Shown: positions 37,320 through 50,010 of the stretch, one piece after another
Layout: every line of letters starts with the position of its first letter
Position numbering within the stretch: the stretch's first letter is position 1
Source of the DNA: Hypanus sabinus
Taxonomy: Eukaryota
DNA: 64,000 nt
Direction of reading: 5' to 3'
NCBI RefSeq assembly: GCF_030144855.1
Contig: NC_082712.1
Coordinates: forward strand, 90,086,001 to 90,150,000
Notes under the pieces: generated by a model
Seen by the model: the letters and a program-made list of their open reading frames with translations, nothing else
Told to the model about the DNA's origin: nothing
Database searches by the model: none
Program-made: the position numbers and the translations under genes

Positions 37320-40300
37320 ATAATGTGGTTAACTGGATCAGGAAATTTGCAGATATCACCAAGATTGGGGATGTAGTGGGCAACAAGGAAGACTGTTATG
37401 GCTTGCAGTGGGATCTAGACTGGCTGGAAACATGGGCTGCAAAGAGCAGGTGGAATTTAATGCAGATAAGTATGAGGCGTTGCATTTTGGTAGGACCAAC
37501 CACGGTAGATCTCACATTGTGGATAGTAGGGCACTGAGGAGTGCAGTAGAACAGGGGTATCTGGGAAGAAAAGCCCATAAATCCATTGAAAGTAGCATCA
37601 CAACTGGATAGGGTCAGAACGAATGCTTTTGATACATTGGCCCTCCATAACTCAGAGTACAGGAGATGAGATGTTATACTGGAGCTGTATAAGACATTGG
37701 TGAGGCTGAATTTGGAGTATTATGTGCAGTTTTGGTCACCTCCCTCCAGGAAAGGGGAAAACTAGGTTGAAAGAATACGAAGGAAATTTACAAAGATGGT
37801 GCTAGGTCTGGAGGACCTGACTTGTATGGAAAGATCAAATACATCAGGAGTTCATTCCTTGGAGCATAGAAGGATGAGAGGATTTAATAGAGGAATACAA
37901 AATTATGAAGGGTACGGATAGGGTAAATAAAAGCAAGCTTTTTCCACTGAGGTTGGGTGGGACTAAAACTGGAGTTCATGGGTTAGGGTGAAAGGTGAGG
38001 ATAAATCTTCACTCAGAGAGCTGTGAGAGTGTCAAATGATCTGCCAGTGCAAGTGCTACGTACGAGCTCGATTTGAACATTTAAAAGAAGTTTGGTTAGG
38101 TACATGGATGGTGGGCATATAGAGGGCAATGGTCCTAATGCAAATCGATGAGACAGGGCAGTTTAAATGGCTTGGTGTGGACTAGATGGGCCAAAAAGCC
38201 TGTTTCTCTACTGTACTTTTCTATGAATCTATGAAATGTAATGTTTTGCATACCACCCATGCAGATCATTTCGTTACACAGTGCATTGAAGTCATACAAA
38301 GGAAAGCAATAATCAAAGGCACACTGTAGCATAGTGGTTAGGGCAAAACTACTTTCAGACCATAAGATATTGAAGCAGAATATGTTATTTGACCCATCAA
38401 ATTTGCTCTGCCATTTCATCATGGCTGATCCAATTTTCCTCTCAGCCTGCCTTCTCCCCATATCCCTTCATGCCCTGACCACTCAAAAATCTAGCAACCT
38501 CTGCCTTAAATATACATAAAGACTTGGCTTCCACAACTACCTGCAGCAAAGAATTCTACAGATTCACCACTCTCTGGCTAAAGAATTTCCTCCTCATCTC
38601 CATTCTAAAAGGCTGTCCTTCTATTCCAAGGCAGCATCCTCTGGTCTTAGATACTTCCAACAGAGGAAACATCTCTCCACATCCACTCTACCAACAGTTT
38701 TCACCATTCAACAGGGTTTAACACCATTCAACAGTCATCCCTCATTCTTCTGAATTCTAGTGAATATAGGCCCAGAGCTATCAGATGCTCTTCAGATGAC
38801 AAGCCATTTATTTCTGGAATCATCTTTGTGAACCTCCTTTGAACCCTCTCCAGATTCAGCACATCCTTTCTAAGATAAGGGGCCCAAACCTGCTCACAAT
38901 ACTCCAAGTGAGACGTCACCAGTGCTTTATAAAGTTTCAACAGTACATCCTTCCTTTTATACACTAGTCACCTTTAAATGAATGCTAACGTTGCATTGTC
39001 CATTGACTCAACATGCAAACTAATCCTTAGGGAATCATGAACGAGGACTCCCAAGTCTCTTCATGCCTCAATTTTTTTGTATTTTCTCTTCATTTAAAAA
39101 AGCCGACCCTTTCATTTCTTCTACTGAAGTGCACAATCATGCTCTTCCTAAAACTGTATTTATTTGCCCGTTCTCCTAATCTGACCAAGCCCTTCTGTAG
39201 CCTCTCTACTTCCTCAAAACTATGTGCCAACAACCTATTAACTTATCATCTGCAAACCTTGCAACAAAGCCATCAATTCCATCATCCAAATGATTGAAAT
39301 ATATTGTAAAAAGAATCAGTCCCAACACAGACCCTTGTGGAACACTACTAGTCACTGGCAGACAGCCAGAAAGGGCTCCCTTTATTCCCACTCTTTGCTT
39401 CCTACCAATCTGCCACTGTTTTATCCATCCTAGAATCTTTCCTGTAATACCATGATCTTGTAGCTTGTTATGCAGCCTCATGTGTGGCACCTTGTCACAT
39501 GCCAACTGAAAATCCAAGTACACAACAGCAACCAGTTCTCCTTTGTCTATTCTGCTTGTTAATTCTTCAAAGAATTCCAACAAACTAGTCAGACAAGATT
39601 TCCCATGAAACCATGTTGATTATGACCTGTTTTATCAATACCCTGAGACTTCATCCTTAATATTTGACTCCAACATTTTCTCAACCACCGAGGTCAGAAT
39701 AACTAGACTATAGTTCTTCCGCCTCTCTCCCTTCTTGAAGAGAGGAGTGACATTTGCAATTTTCCAGTCTTCCAGAACCATTCCAGAATCTAGTGACTCT
39801 TGAAAGATTGTAACTTTTAAGCTGTCTTCCACTGTTTTTAAAAACTACCCAATACTAATTTCCCACCAATTTTTGATCTATTATATGTCCTCTTTTTGGC
39901 TTTTATGTTGGCTTTGACTTTTCTTGTTAGCCATGGTTGTGTCATCTTGCCTTTAGAATACTCCTTCCTCTTTGGGATGTATATATCCTGTGCCTTCTGA
40001 ATTGCTTCCAGAAATTCTATACATTGCTGCTCTGCTATCATCCCTGCCAGTGTTCTTTTCCAATCAATTCTAGACAACCCCTCTCTCATATCTCTGCAAT
40101 TCCCTTTACTCCACTGTAATATAAATATAAGTTCAGCTTCTCCTTCTCAAATTTCAGGTTGAATTCGATCAAATATTGATCATTTGTCCCTAAGGGTTCT
40201 TTTACCTTAAGCTCTCTAATCAATTCTGGATCATTGCACTTTCCAGAATAGCCAACCCTCTCATGGCCTCAACTACCAGCTGCCCTAAAAAGCCATCTTA

Positions 40301-40540
40301 TAGACGCTCTAGAAATTCCCCATCATGCAATCCAGCACCAAACTGATTTTCCCAATCTACCTGCATATTGAAGTTCCCATAGTGATTGTAACATTGCCCT
40401 TTTAACATGCACTTTCTATCTTCTCCCATTGTAATTTGTAGGCCAACTACTGTTTGGGTGTCTGTATACAAACCCCCATCAGGGTCTTTTACCCTTTCAG
40501 TTCTGTAGCTCCATCCACAATGATTCAACGCCTTCTGGCT
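37320..40540. mobile_element. Two CR1 ORF2 remnants (plus ~37320-38220; minus ~38350-40540)
   Basis: ORFs with RKFADITKI, YLDFQLACDKVPH, VPQGSVLG, RFADD and KALVTSHLEYCEQVW. Confidence 0.85.
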
Positions 40541-40819
40541 CTGTATCACCTCTCTTTCTTTTTCAATATTTTTATTAATTTCTTACATAAAAGAATACAG
40601 GGTACAGTAAAATATATAATATATAAGATATATACCATTTATCAATTACAATATATTGAAACCACAGATGAGGTGTAATTACCCCATATCGATATAGATT
40701 AAATTTAAACATAAAATTGAAAAGAAATAATTTTATTATACAAAAAATCTAAACCCATTACCAGAAACAAAAAAAAAACAGCTGTCTGGTTAAAAAAAAG
40801 AAAAAGTTCTGTTGTGTAC

Positions 40820-42780
40820 ATACATCTACTGATGCTTCTGGACACATCATCAGAGATGTTCCTGGAATCATCAAGTGTTTCGGGTCTTTCAACATCATCC
40901 ACCCTTCTCTGGTGACCCAGCCAGGGCTGATCAGACCCCAGCTTGTGTCCAGATGGCTAGCTACACATGATTCCATGGCTCCCCTCTCTTGAGCCACAGC
41001 CACCTTGGGGCCCTCTCTGCCGCACTGGTGGTATTGTGGATGGCCCTCCTCTTCCTCTCTCTGTCAATGCCCAAATTGCTGTAGGCTCTGGCTAAGGAAC
41101 GGGCTGCGAATCCCCTACAACCAACTTCCACTGGGAGACACCTCGCTCTCCATCCAGCCTGCTGGCACTTGTTGACCAGTCCTGTGTACTTCGATAGCTT
41201 CCTTTCAAAGGCCTCTTCCAAGTGATCTTCCCATGGGATTGTCAGCTCCAGCATCACCACCTGCTTCGTAGACTCAGACACAAGGACAATGTCTGGTCGG
41301 ACGGCAGTGGCTGCGATATGGTCGGGGAACCTCAGCTGCCGTTCAAGGTCCACCAACAGCCGCTAGTCCCTTGCACAGGTCAAGATACCTGCCGATGTTC
41401 TTTTGGCAGGTATTGGCTGCTCCCCAGCTCTTACAAAGGCAACGGTCTGCTTGGAGGGTCGGGACTACTTCGCCCCCTCCACTCCTGCGCTGATGGCTTC
41501 AGTGATGGTCCTCAGGACCTGATCATGCCTCCATCGGTACCGTCCCTCACCAAGTGCCCTTGTGCAGCTGCCGAGGATGTGCTCCAGGATTTCTCACTTG
41601 GAACACAGTGGGGACACTGATGACTCTGCTTTGCCCCAAGTATGAAGGTTTAATGGGCTTGGAAGCACATCATATATTGCCTGGATGAGAAATTGGATGT
41701 GGTGTGGCTCAGCTTTCCAAAGCTCAGGTCACTTTTCTCTCCACCACATTCTCCCATCTTGTCCGAGCTCCCTGTTGCTTCATTCCCACCACCTTGCAGG
41801 TTCTCCTCTCCTCCACTGCTGCTCTCACCTCCTCCTGAACTAGGTGGCGCCTTTCCTTCCCTCTGATGGTGTCCATTTGGGGAGTTGGAAAGGATTCTCG
41901 CCCAGCTCTGCCTCATATGACCACTCCCACCAGCCTCCTATGATGCAGCCTTTCCTCTGCTTCCTGATCAGCTTCCTCTGCCCTCCACTTCCTGCCAGTC
42001 CTCACTTGAATCCCTGCTCTAGCCACCTTCAGATCACTTGAGTCCCTGCACTGTACCATTTCTCTGGCTCTTGTAACTTTGAATTCCTCCTCCAGGGATT
42101 TGAAAGGCAGTTGCAGTTTATTGTGGTGTCCATAGAGGGCGATGCTGCTCAGGCTCTTTGGCAGCCCCAGCCATCTCCTGAGGTGCTTACTGACCCTCCT
42201 CTCTGAGGTTTCGACCGTCGAGATCGGAACTGCACAGACAAGGAGGGGCCACGGGATTCTGGGCAGAACACCATGCTGATACACCCAGGCTTTGAACTTC
42301 CCAGGTAGGCCAGACTTTTCTACAGATTTCAGCCAGCCATCCAACTCGGCACAGGTCGCCTGAATGGATGCCGTGTCCCTTAGGGAGCTGTCAAAAACCC
42401 TACCTAAGCTCTTGACTGGCTTTTCTGTGATGGTTGGGATGGCTGAACCTGCGATACTGAAACGGAACTTGTTTTCCACCTTGCCTTTCCTCAGCACCAT
42501 TGAACTTAGTTTGGCTGGTGTGAGACGCATCCGGGCCCACTCCACCAGCTTTTCGAGCCCCTGCAGAATCCGCCGGCAGCCTGGGACTGATTCTGTGGTG
42601 ACTGTGAGGTCATCCATGAATGCCCTGATGGGTGGTTGTGGTTGAGCGGAATTCATTCTGGACCCTCTGCACTCCGTTTCAGCAGACTTAGTGAGCATGT
42701 TCACAGCTCGGGAGAACAGTGTCACTGAGATAGTGCACGATGTCATGATGCCAATCTCCACCTTGTGCCAGCTTGATGTA
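40820..42780 (-). mobile_element. HERO-clade non-LTR retrotransposon (RT plus CCHC plus restriction-like endonuclease), 5'-truncated
   Basis: RT IRAFMDD (41913-42761); Zn knuckle CPLCSK*EILEHILGSC (~41560-41620); RLE RPDIVLV..MLELTIPWE..ERKLSKY..PVEVGCRG (40961-41356). Confidence 0.85.
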
Positions 42781-43330
42781 ATATATAGTAAAACATAATA
42801 TTAGCCAACATCTGTGCTTAATAGCAAATCAAAGATTTTGGAAGTAATTCAAAGAAGGTCCCCACAATGTTAAAAAATCTTGTCTAGGTTCAGAAATTGA
42901 AAAGCCAATCTTCTCTAAATTTAAGCAAGGCATAACATCATATGACCAATGAGTCCTTCCACTTAATCCTTCCACTTAAGCAACATTGCCCTCCTGGCTA
43001 TAAGAGAAATAAAGGCCAAAATATGCAAATCATGTGTCTCCAAAATAATATAATTTCCCCCAACAATACCAAATAAGGAAGACAAAGGATTAGGTTTGAA
43101 ATGTACTTTAAAAAAACATCGAAAAAGTTTGAAAAAATTCCTTCCAATGTTTTTCAAGGCTCAGACAAGTCCAAAACATATGGATCAGTGAAGCTTCTCC
43201 ATTATTAGATCTATCACAATAGGGAGATATATTCGAATAAAAACGAGACAGCTTATCTTTAGATATATGGGCTCTATGGAACACTTTAAATTTCTAATAG
43301 ATTGATTTAATTTTTACGGGCCTTCCTGTC
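42781..43330 (-). mobile_element. L1/Tx1-type LINE ORF2 C-terminal fragment (3' end at ~40550-40800, host of the HERO insertion)
   Basis: ORF NPLSSLFGIV..AFISLIARRAMLLKWKD; AT-rich L1-like 3' end on the other side of HERO. Confidence 0.65.
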
Positions 43331-44790
43331 TGTCCTCTCAGTACAACCTGTACCCTTGAATATAAAGCTCTCAACTATAAGCTACTTCCAGCCATGATTC
43401 CGTGATGCCGACAACATCATACCTGCCAATCTGTAGCTGTGCTGCAAGTTCATTGACCTTATTCCGTAAAATGCATGCATTCACGTACAACACCTTCAGT
43501 CCTGCAATCACCCTTTTTAATTTTGTCTGCTTTTCACATTGCAGCTCATCTTGTTGACTGCAATTTTTCCCTATCAACAGTCTCTCCTCACTACACTTTG
43601 ACTCTGTTTGTAAGCCGGCCACCTCATCTTCAGCACTATGGTCTGCCTTTCCCATGATACTTCTTGAATTGAAATATATGCAGCTCAAGACCCTACCTTT
43701 TAGTTCTTAACTTGATCTGAGGTCTTACCAATATCTGCCTCCACAACCTCTTCACTAACTGTTCTGGCACCCTGGTTCTCATTCCCCTACATCTCTAGTT
43801 TAAACCTCACAGTGCAGCATTAACAAACCTTCCCACCAGGATATTAGTCCCCTTCCGTTTGAGTGCTAGCTTTCCCTTCTATACATCTCCCATGTTCTCT
43901 GGAAGAATGCCCATGATCCAAAAATCTTATGCCCTCCCCCCCAACACCAACTCTTTAACCACTATAATCTTCCTAGTTTGACCTCACTAGCATGTGGCAT
44001 GGGTAGCAATCCTGAGATCCTGCCATTTAACTTCGTACTTGACTCCATTAACTCCCTGTTGAGAATCTCATCACTAGTGCTACCCGTATCATTAGTACCT
44101 ACATGGACCATGACTTCTGGCTGTTCACCCTCCCGCTAAAGAATGCTGAGGACTTGATCTGAGATATCCTGGACTCCGGCACTTGAGAGGCAAAATGCCA
44201 TGCAGGATTCTCGTTTTTGCCCATAGAACCTCCTGTCTATTCCCCTAACGAACGAATCCCCAATCAACACAGCGTGCCTCTTCTTCCCCCCTTCCCCCCA
44301 CTTCCCTTCTGAGTCACAGAGGGAGACTCAGTGCCAGAGAGCCAACCACTGCGACTTTCCTCTGTTAGGTCATCCCTAACAACACCCCCCACCTGAAAAT
44401 ATTCAAAATGATATAGCTGTTGTTGAGGGGCTGGCCACAGGGGTACTCTACACTGGCTCCTTAACCACTTTCCCCTTCCTGATTGTCACCCGGTTTCCTG
44501 TGTCCTGCACCTTGGGTGCAACTACCTCCTTATAGATCCTATCTATCATCCCCTCAGCCTCCTGAATGATCTGGAGTACATCCAGTTCCAGCTCCAACTC
44601 TCTAATGCGGTTTGGTAGAAGCTGCTCGCAGTTGTCATTGTCATGGTCACCGGAGGTCTCGCAAGAGGAGCATTTCAATATCCTGTCTGACATCTCTACA
44701 GTCCTAGCTGAGCAGATATAAAGAACGGAACAAAAAAACTTGAGCTTTTCTTTCCTTTACTTGCTCTGGCTGAAGCCTCGAAGAGCTAAA
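43330..44790 (-). mobile_element. CR1 ORF1 plus start of ORF2, degenerate
   Basis: RIRELELELDVLQIIQEAEGMIDRIYKEVVAPK; duplicated CIYFNSRSI / LYVNACILRNK..DVVGITESW. Confidence 0.8.
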
Positions 44791-45496
44791 GCCTCGAGAT
44801 CACTACTCTGACCCGTTGCTGCCTTTTATTGTCGGGCAGTGGACCTGATTGAAATCCCCTCTTCTCCAAGTTTCCCATGTCCAATGTCTGGATTGGCTGC
44901 TGGTCAAATATCGGAGTTCAGAATTCAATTCTGACGTCATCTGTACGTCCTCCCTGTGAAATATGAGGGTTTCCACCGAGTGCTCTGGTTTCCTCACACA
45001 GTTAAAAGTCGTACCGGTTAGTTAGGGCATCGTAAACTGTTATGTGATTAGGCTAGAGTTAAATTGGGGGATCGTTGGGCGGCACAGCTCGAAGGACTGG
45101 AAGGGCTTATTCCGCACTGTATCTCAATAGATAAAGCCTTTTACTGTAGATCAAGTTCGGCCAGAATCACAGCCATGTATAATGAGTCATTAGTTGTTCT
45201 GTGGCAGCAGTACAGTGCAAGTGCATGTGATGAGAAGAGCTGCCAATGCAATTACTCTGTTCACTGCAACGGCTAGGATCTCCCTGTGGCCACTTATTTC
45301 AATTCAACCTCCTTTTCCCACACTGACCTGTTTCTCATATCATCCCTCCTCCCCCACCCACCCAAATACCTTCCCATTAACCTGGTCTTGCCTATGACGT
45401 AGCTTGCACTCCATCCCCTCCACCATCCTTTTATACTGGGTTCTGCCCCCTTCCTTTCCCATCCTGATAATGGGTCTTGGGTCAAAATATTGACTA

Positions 45497-46047
45497 TACA
45501 CACAGTGACTACTTTATTAATGTACCTCATGTACTTTTAAAAAAATGGCCACTGAGTGCATATTTGTGGTCTTTTGCTGCTGGAGGTTCAAAGTTCAATG
45601 TGTACCAGTGATGCTCTTCTGCACACCACTGTTGTAATACATGGTTATTTCAGTTATTGTTGCATTCCTGTCAGCTTGAATCAGTCTGGCTATTCTCCCC
45701 TGACCTTTCCCATTAACAAGGCACTTTACCAACAGAACTGCCACTTTGCTGGATTTTTTTTTTCATTTTTTGCACCACTCTCTGTAAACGCTAGAGACAG
45801 TTGTGTGTGAAAATCTCAGGAGGTTAGCAGTTTGAGATACTCAAACCACCCCATCTGGCACCAACACTCATTCTAGGGTCAAGTCCTTCCGATCACATTT
45901 CTTCCCCATTCTGATATTTGGTCTGAACAACAAATGAACCTCTTGACCATGTCAGCATGACTTCATGCATTGTTGCTGAGATAGGCCAATCAGATACTTG
46001 CATTAGCAAGCAGGTGTACATGTGTACAATAAAATGGCCACTCAGTG
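45497..46047 (-). mobile_element. Tc1 derivative ending in a TIR-TIR palindrome
   Basis: Left TIR at 46047; after the SSRRP-equivalent codons comes a ~64-bp head-to-head TIR pair (45497-45560). Confidence 0.75.
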
Positions 46048-46255
46048 TTCATTTATGTCCATGGATGCTGCCTAGTCTGCTGAGTTCCTCCGGCATTTTG
46101 TGTGTTTGTTGCCAATAAGCAAGTCCAAGTACCAAGTAGCAGCGTTTAATTCCCGACATGACCTGTAAGAAATTTGTACGTTCTCTCTCTGACCGCATGG
46201 GTTTCCTCTGGTGTTCCAGTTTCCTCCCACAGTCCAAAGATGTATCAGTTCACAA

Positions 46256-46650
46256 ACACAAGAAAATTTGCAGATTCTGGAAATCCAAGCAAAGCACACA
46301 AAATTCTGGAAAAACTCAGCAGGGCAGGCATCATCTATGGAAAAGAGTAAACAGTCAACATTTTGGGCTACACACACAAAATGCTGGTGGAACGCAGCAG
46401 GCCAGGCAGCATCTATAGGGAGAAGCACTGTTGATGTTTCTGGTGCTTCTCCCTATAGATGCTGCTCGGCCTGCTGCATTCCACCAGCATTTTGTGTGTG
46501 TTGCTTGAATTTCCAGCATCTGCAGATTTCCTCGTGTTAACATTTTGGGCTGAGACCCTTCGTTAGGACTGGAAAAAATAGATGGTCTTGGCCTAAAACA
46601 TTGACTGTTTATTCTTTCCTATAGATGCTGCCTGGCCTGTTGAGTTCCTC
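46256..46650. mobile_element. Cluster of Penelope pseudo-LTR copies in both orientations
   Basis: Four or more copies of CACAAAATGCTGGAGGAACTCAGCAGGCCAGGCAGCATCTAT-type sequence. Confidence 0.8.
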
Positions 46651-48699
46651 CAGCATTTTGTGGATGCCGGTTGGTGGGTTAATTGGCAATTGTTAGAGTG
46701 TCCTGTGATTAGGTTAGGGTTAGGATTAAATCAGCAGATTGCCGGGCTGGAAAGGCTAGAAAGGTTTATTCTGCATTGTATCTCAGTAAATAAAGATTGG
46801 ATTGTCCGGTTAATTGTACTTGCTCCTTGGGTGTGGCAGGATTCAAGTTCTCCTGCGAGTGCCACCAGAAATCAGAATGCAGTGGAAGCCAAAGCTTATT
46901 AGGATTTGTGAAAGAATAAAGAATATATTCAAGACAGATTGGAAAAGGTGCATAAGACACAGCTTTATTCTACCGGCGAAAGAGCAGTCAGTAGCCATGA
47001 CACAGTGGTTAGTAGTAACACATCAAACAGCGTCACAAAAGAGTCCCTTTCTCAAAGTGCATGCAAGAACACATATAGGTCAGGAATAAGATCACCGATT
47101 AGCAAAATGGGTTCGGACTGAAACAGCCAAGGCCACTCCCACACCCTGCCCTTCGCCATCCAGTTCCACAGCTCTTGAAGGTACCAGGAGTTAGTGGCTT
47201 CATATGCAATTAGTGAGGGAGGGCGGGCTTTAGTGAGCAAGGTTAGTGGAGCAGGAGTTGCCTTTGCCTAGCGGCCAAGGCTTGCGTTTAGAGCAGTGAG
47301 TTCATTAGATGGGCAACATGGAATGGGGCAGCAGGGGCAGGGAGGGAGAGAGAGTGACAGCAGGGACACACTGACAGAGATATGGAAGTGGTTCCAAATT
47401 GGGAGTGCACATGAAAGACAGAGGCACCAGAAATATACCGAACTACACACCAATGGAGAGGTGGGTTTCAATAACATACTGTACATCACCAACATGTCAC
47501 CAATGGGGGAAACAGACATCAAAGGCTCTACTGGGGACTGTGAACACCAAAGGAACGACAACAGAAACCAGGGTAATGAACGAGGGATTAACAGCAACAA
47601 GAGCAAGGTTAACAATCATCAGGGTTTCAACGGCTCATGAGCCTCTCCTCAAGGACGCTCAGAATCATTACTAATTTTCACAATTAAACACCGTGACTCT
47701 GCGATAAACAGAAGAGTGAAATGGCCAGGAATGAGATTCCAGATGAATAAAAGAACGCAGGTCTGGCATCTGAACAGTGACCTTTAGGAGACAATGTCTC
47801 TTGTTCTCTGACTGAATGGTCCTAAACTTTCTCTTACGTGCCAAAGGCCCGCTGTAGCCTGTTCCCTGTCTGACTGACCGAGGGGTGACCTCGCAGTATA
47901 CCTCACCTCCCAAACACACAATAAAAAGAAAAGCATGAATGGTTGCAAGAAGGCTGTTGTGTTCTCGGCATTTGTAGCTTATCACACTCGGAGCTACGAG
48001 TTCCTCCTGCCAGTCTGTGTATCCTGTTCCCTGGTGATCTCCTGAGAGCCCAGATCTCAGTGTTGGTCTGCCACCCTGACTAAGGGTGGATGTTGGTCAT
48101 CCCAAGTGTCTGAGGGCAAAGGTCATTGTGGAAGCCACTGGTGTCCAGTGGCAATTCCAAGCACAGGAGTCAACTGATCATGAATGGCGGGTGGGGGGGG
48201 GGGAGGAAGAGAAGGAACCATGTCATTGTGGTTCAGCAACGCAGCAGATCTTGGGTGGCTGGTTCAAAGCTTACATGTTCTCATAGTTGCAATGCTGGAG
48301 AAAATGCACCTACACCCTACTTAAGGTCACGGTGCTTGCGAGTTGACATTCCCACAAATGCTCTGGGATTTAGCAAAATTGTTGTTATGCCTGAATGACA
48401 CCAGTATTTCTTCTGGATCAGGTCAACATTTGGCTTCCATAGCAATACAGAGCTGAATGCTTATTCGTGCCAATTTGAGGGCCAGTGGACTATTGTTAGT
48501 TAGGATCAATGTCATTGGTTGGAATTATGGTTGTTGGTGGAGAAGGTTAACTGATAGATACATTGAGATTAATGAGTAATGACATGGTTAAGAACTTCTA
48601 TAGTATGTGAAGAACAAGCATAACATAGCTAAGTAAATTAATCCTATGGCTAATCCTGACTTTTTCTGTACACTGCTCTGTTTAATCCCTCCTCAATTT

Positions 48700-49260
48700 C
48701 CATAATATACAAAAAAATTGAAGTTAACAGGTGGAATTACTGGTTAAACTTGGCTGGGTGTTAAGGGTGGTAGTTAGTGTTTAGGCTGGAGGTTTAATGG
48801 GTTAGTTTTAGAGTTAGATAACAGTCAATGGTTATTGTTTCAATTAGTGGTAAGTGGTTAATACTAGTAATTAGTTATTAATTAGTGATTAAGACTTTGC
48901 ACTAGAGGTTAGCTTTGGTATTATTAGTGAGTGTAACAATTGACTAGTGACTGGGATAAAGATTAGTGATCCTGTCCTGGGAATCTGGGCCAGGAATCAT
49001 TAGAGAATTTCTTAATAGCTACAGAATGGTGGTCAAATCCAGACAGCTGGAGGTGGGTACATAAATTCATCATTAGAGATCAATAATGGTGGTTATTATT
49101 TACAGTTCAGTGTTAGGAGCAAGAACAAAGTTAGTAGTTAAGGCTAGGAACTTCTTGCAGAGGTTAATGGTTAATAAGTGGAATTGGAGATTAGAAACAG
49201 AATCAATGAGTGGTTTAGGGGATAGTAGTTACATTTTAAATTAATAAGCAGGATTAGGAC
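48700..49260. repeat. C-poor TTAG/GGTTA-rich low-complexity tract
   Basis: Repeated TTAG, GGTTA and TAGT words; strong strand skew. Confidence 0.6.
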
Positions 49261-49544
49261 TGTGAGTTACTGATCTCTCTCATGTGGTGACTCCCCCGTG
49301 CCAAAATTCTCCACGAGCTCTACTTAACAACTGCAGATTCAGAGCTGGTCCAGACAAGGGATATGGGGGTCTGACTCAACCACCAGCATCTCCTTGCTGA
49401 GAGAGAGGAGAGAGGCACTGTGGGAGGGTCTTCACACACACACTGTGACATCAGTTTGACAGACCCCTGACAGCAACCCCCCCCCCCACCCAACCACTGA
49501 CCACCAACCCTCACACACTCACAACTGCACTCTTGGATCAAGAA

Positions 49545-50010
49545 AGATGACTCTCTTTCTCTCTCTCTCACTCACTTCCTCCCTCCTTCAGACTTTCTCT
49601 CCATCTGTCTCACTTTTTGTTTCTCTTTCTATCTGTTTTTCTGTTTTTTTTCTCTCTTTTTATCTGTTTTTGCAGTTTCCCTCTCTTTCCCTTTGTCTAT
49701 CTGTTTTTTCTCTCTCTGTCTTTCTTTCTCTCTGCAGCCTCTCTCCCTTTCTCTGTGTATCATCTGTCTGTCTCTGTCTCCCTTTCTGTCAGCTCTATCT
49801 GCCTCTCTCTGTTCTCTCTCAGTCTCCCTCTCTCTCAGTCAGTTGTCTGTGTTTCTCTCTGTGTTCTCGCTTTCTCCATTGTCACACTCTCTTTCTCTGT
49901 TGTCTGTCCATTTCTCTTTCTCTATGTCAGTCTATCTGTCTCTCTTCCCTTTCTTTCTCCTGTTATCTGTCTCTTGCTCTCTGTTCATCTGTCCGCCTAC
50001 CTATCTCCTG
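49545..50010. repeat. CT-rich low-complexity tract
   Basis: Direct reading; source of spurious Ser/Leu-rich ORFs. Confidence 0.9.

Noticed and set aside
47296-47674. Plus-strand ORFs with faint Ig-like words (WKWFQ, NNILYITNM)
   Set aside because: No acceptor tract, no canonical Cys spacing, and opposite strand to all supported exons.
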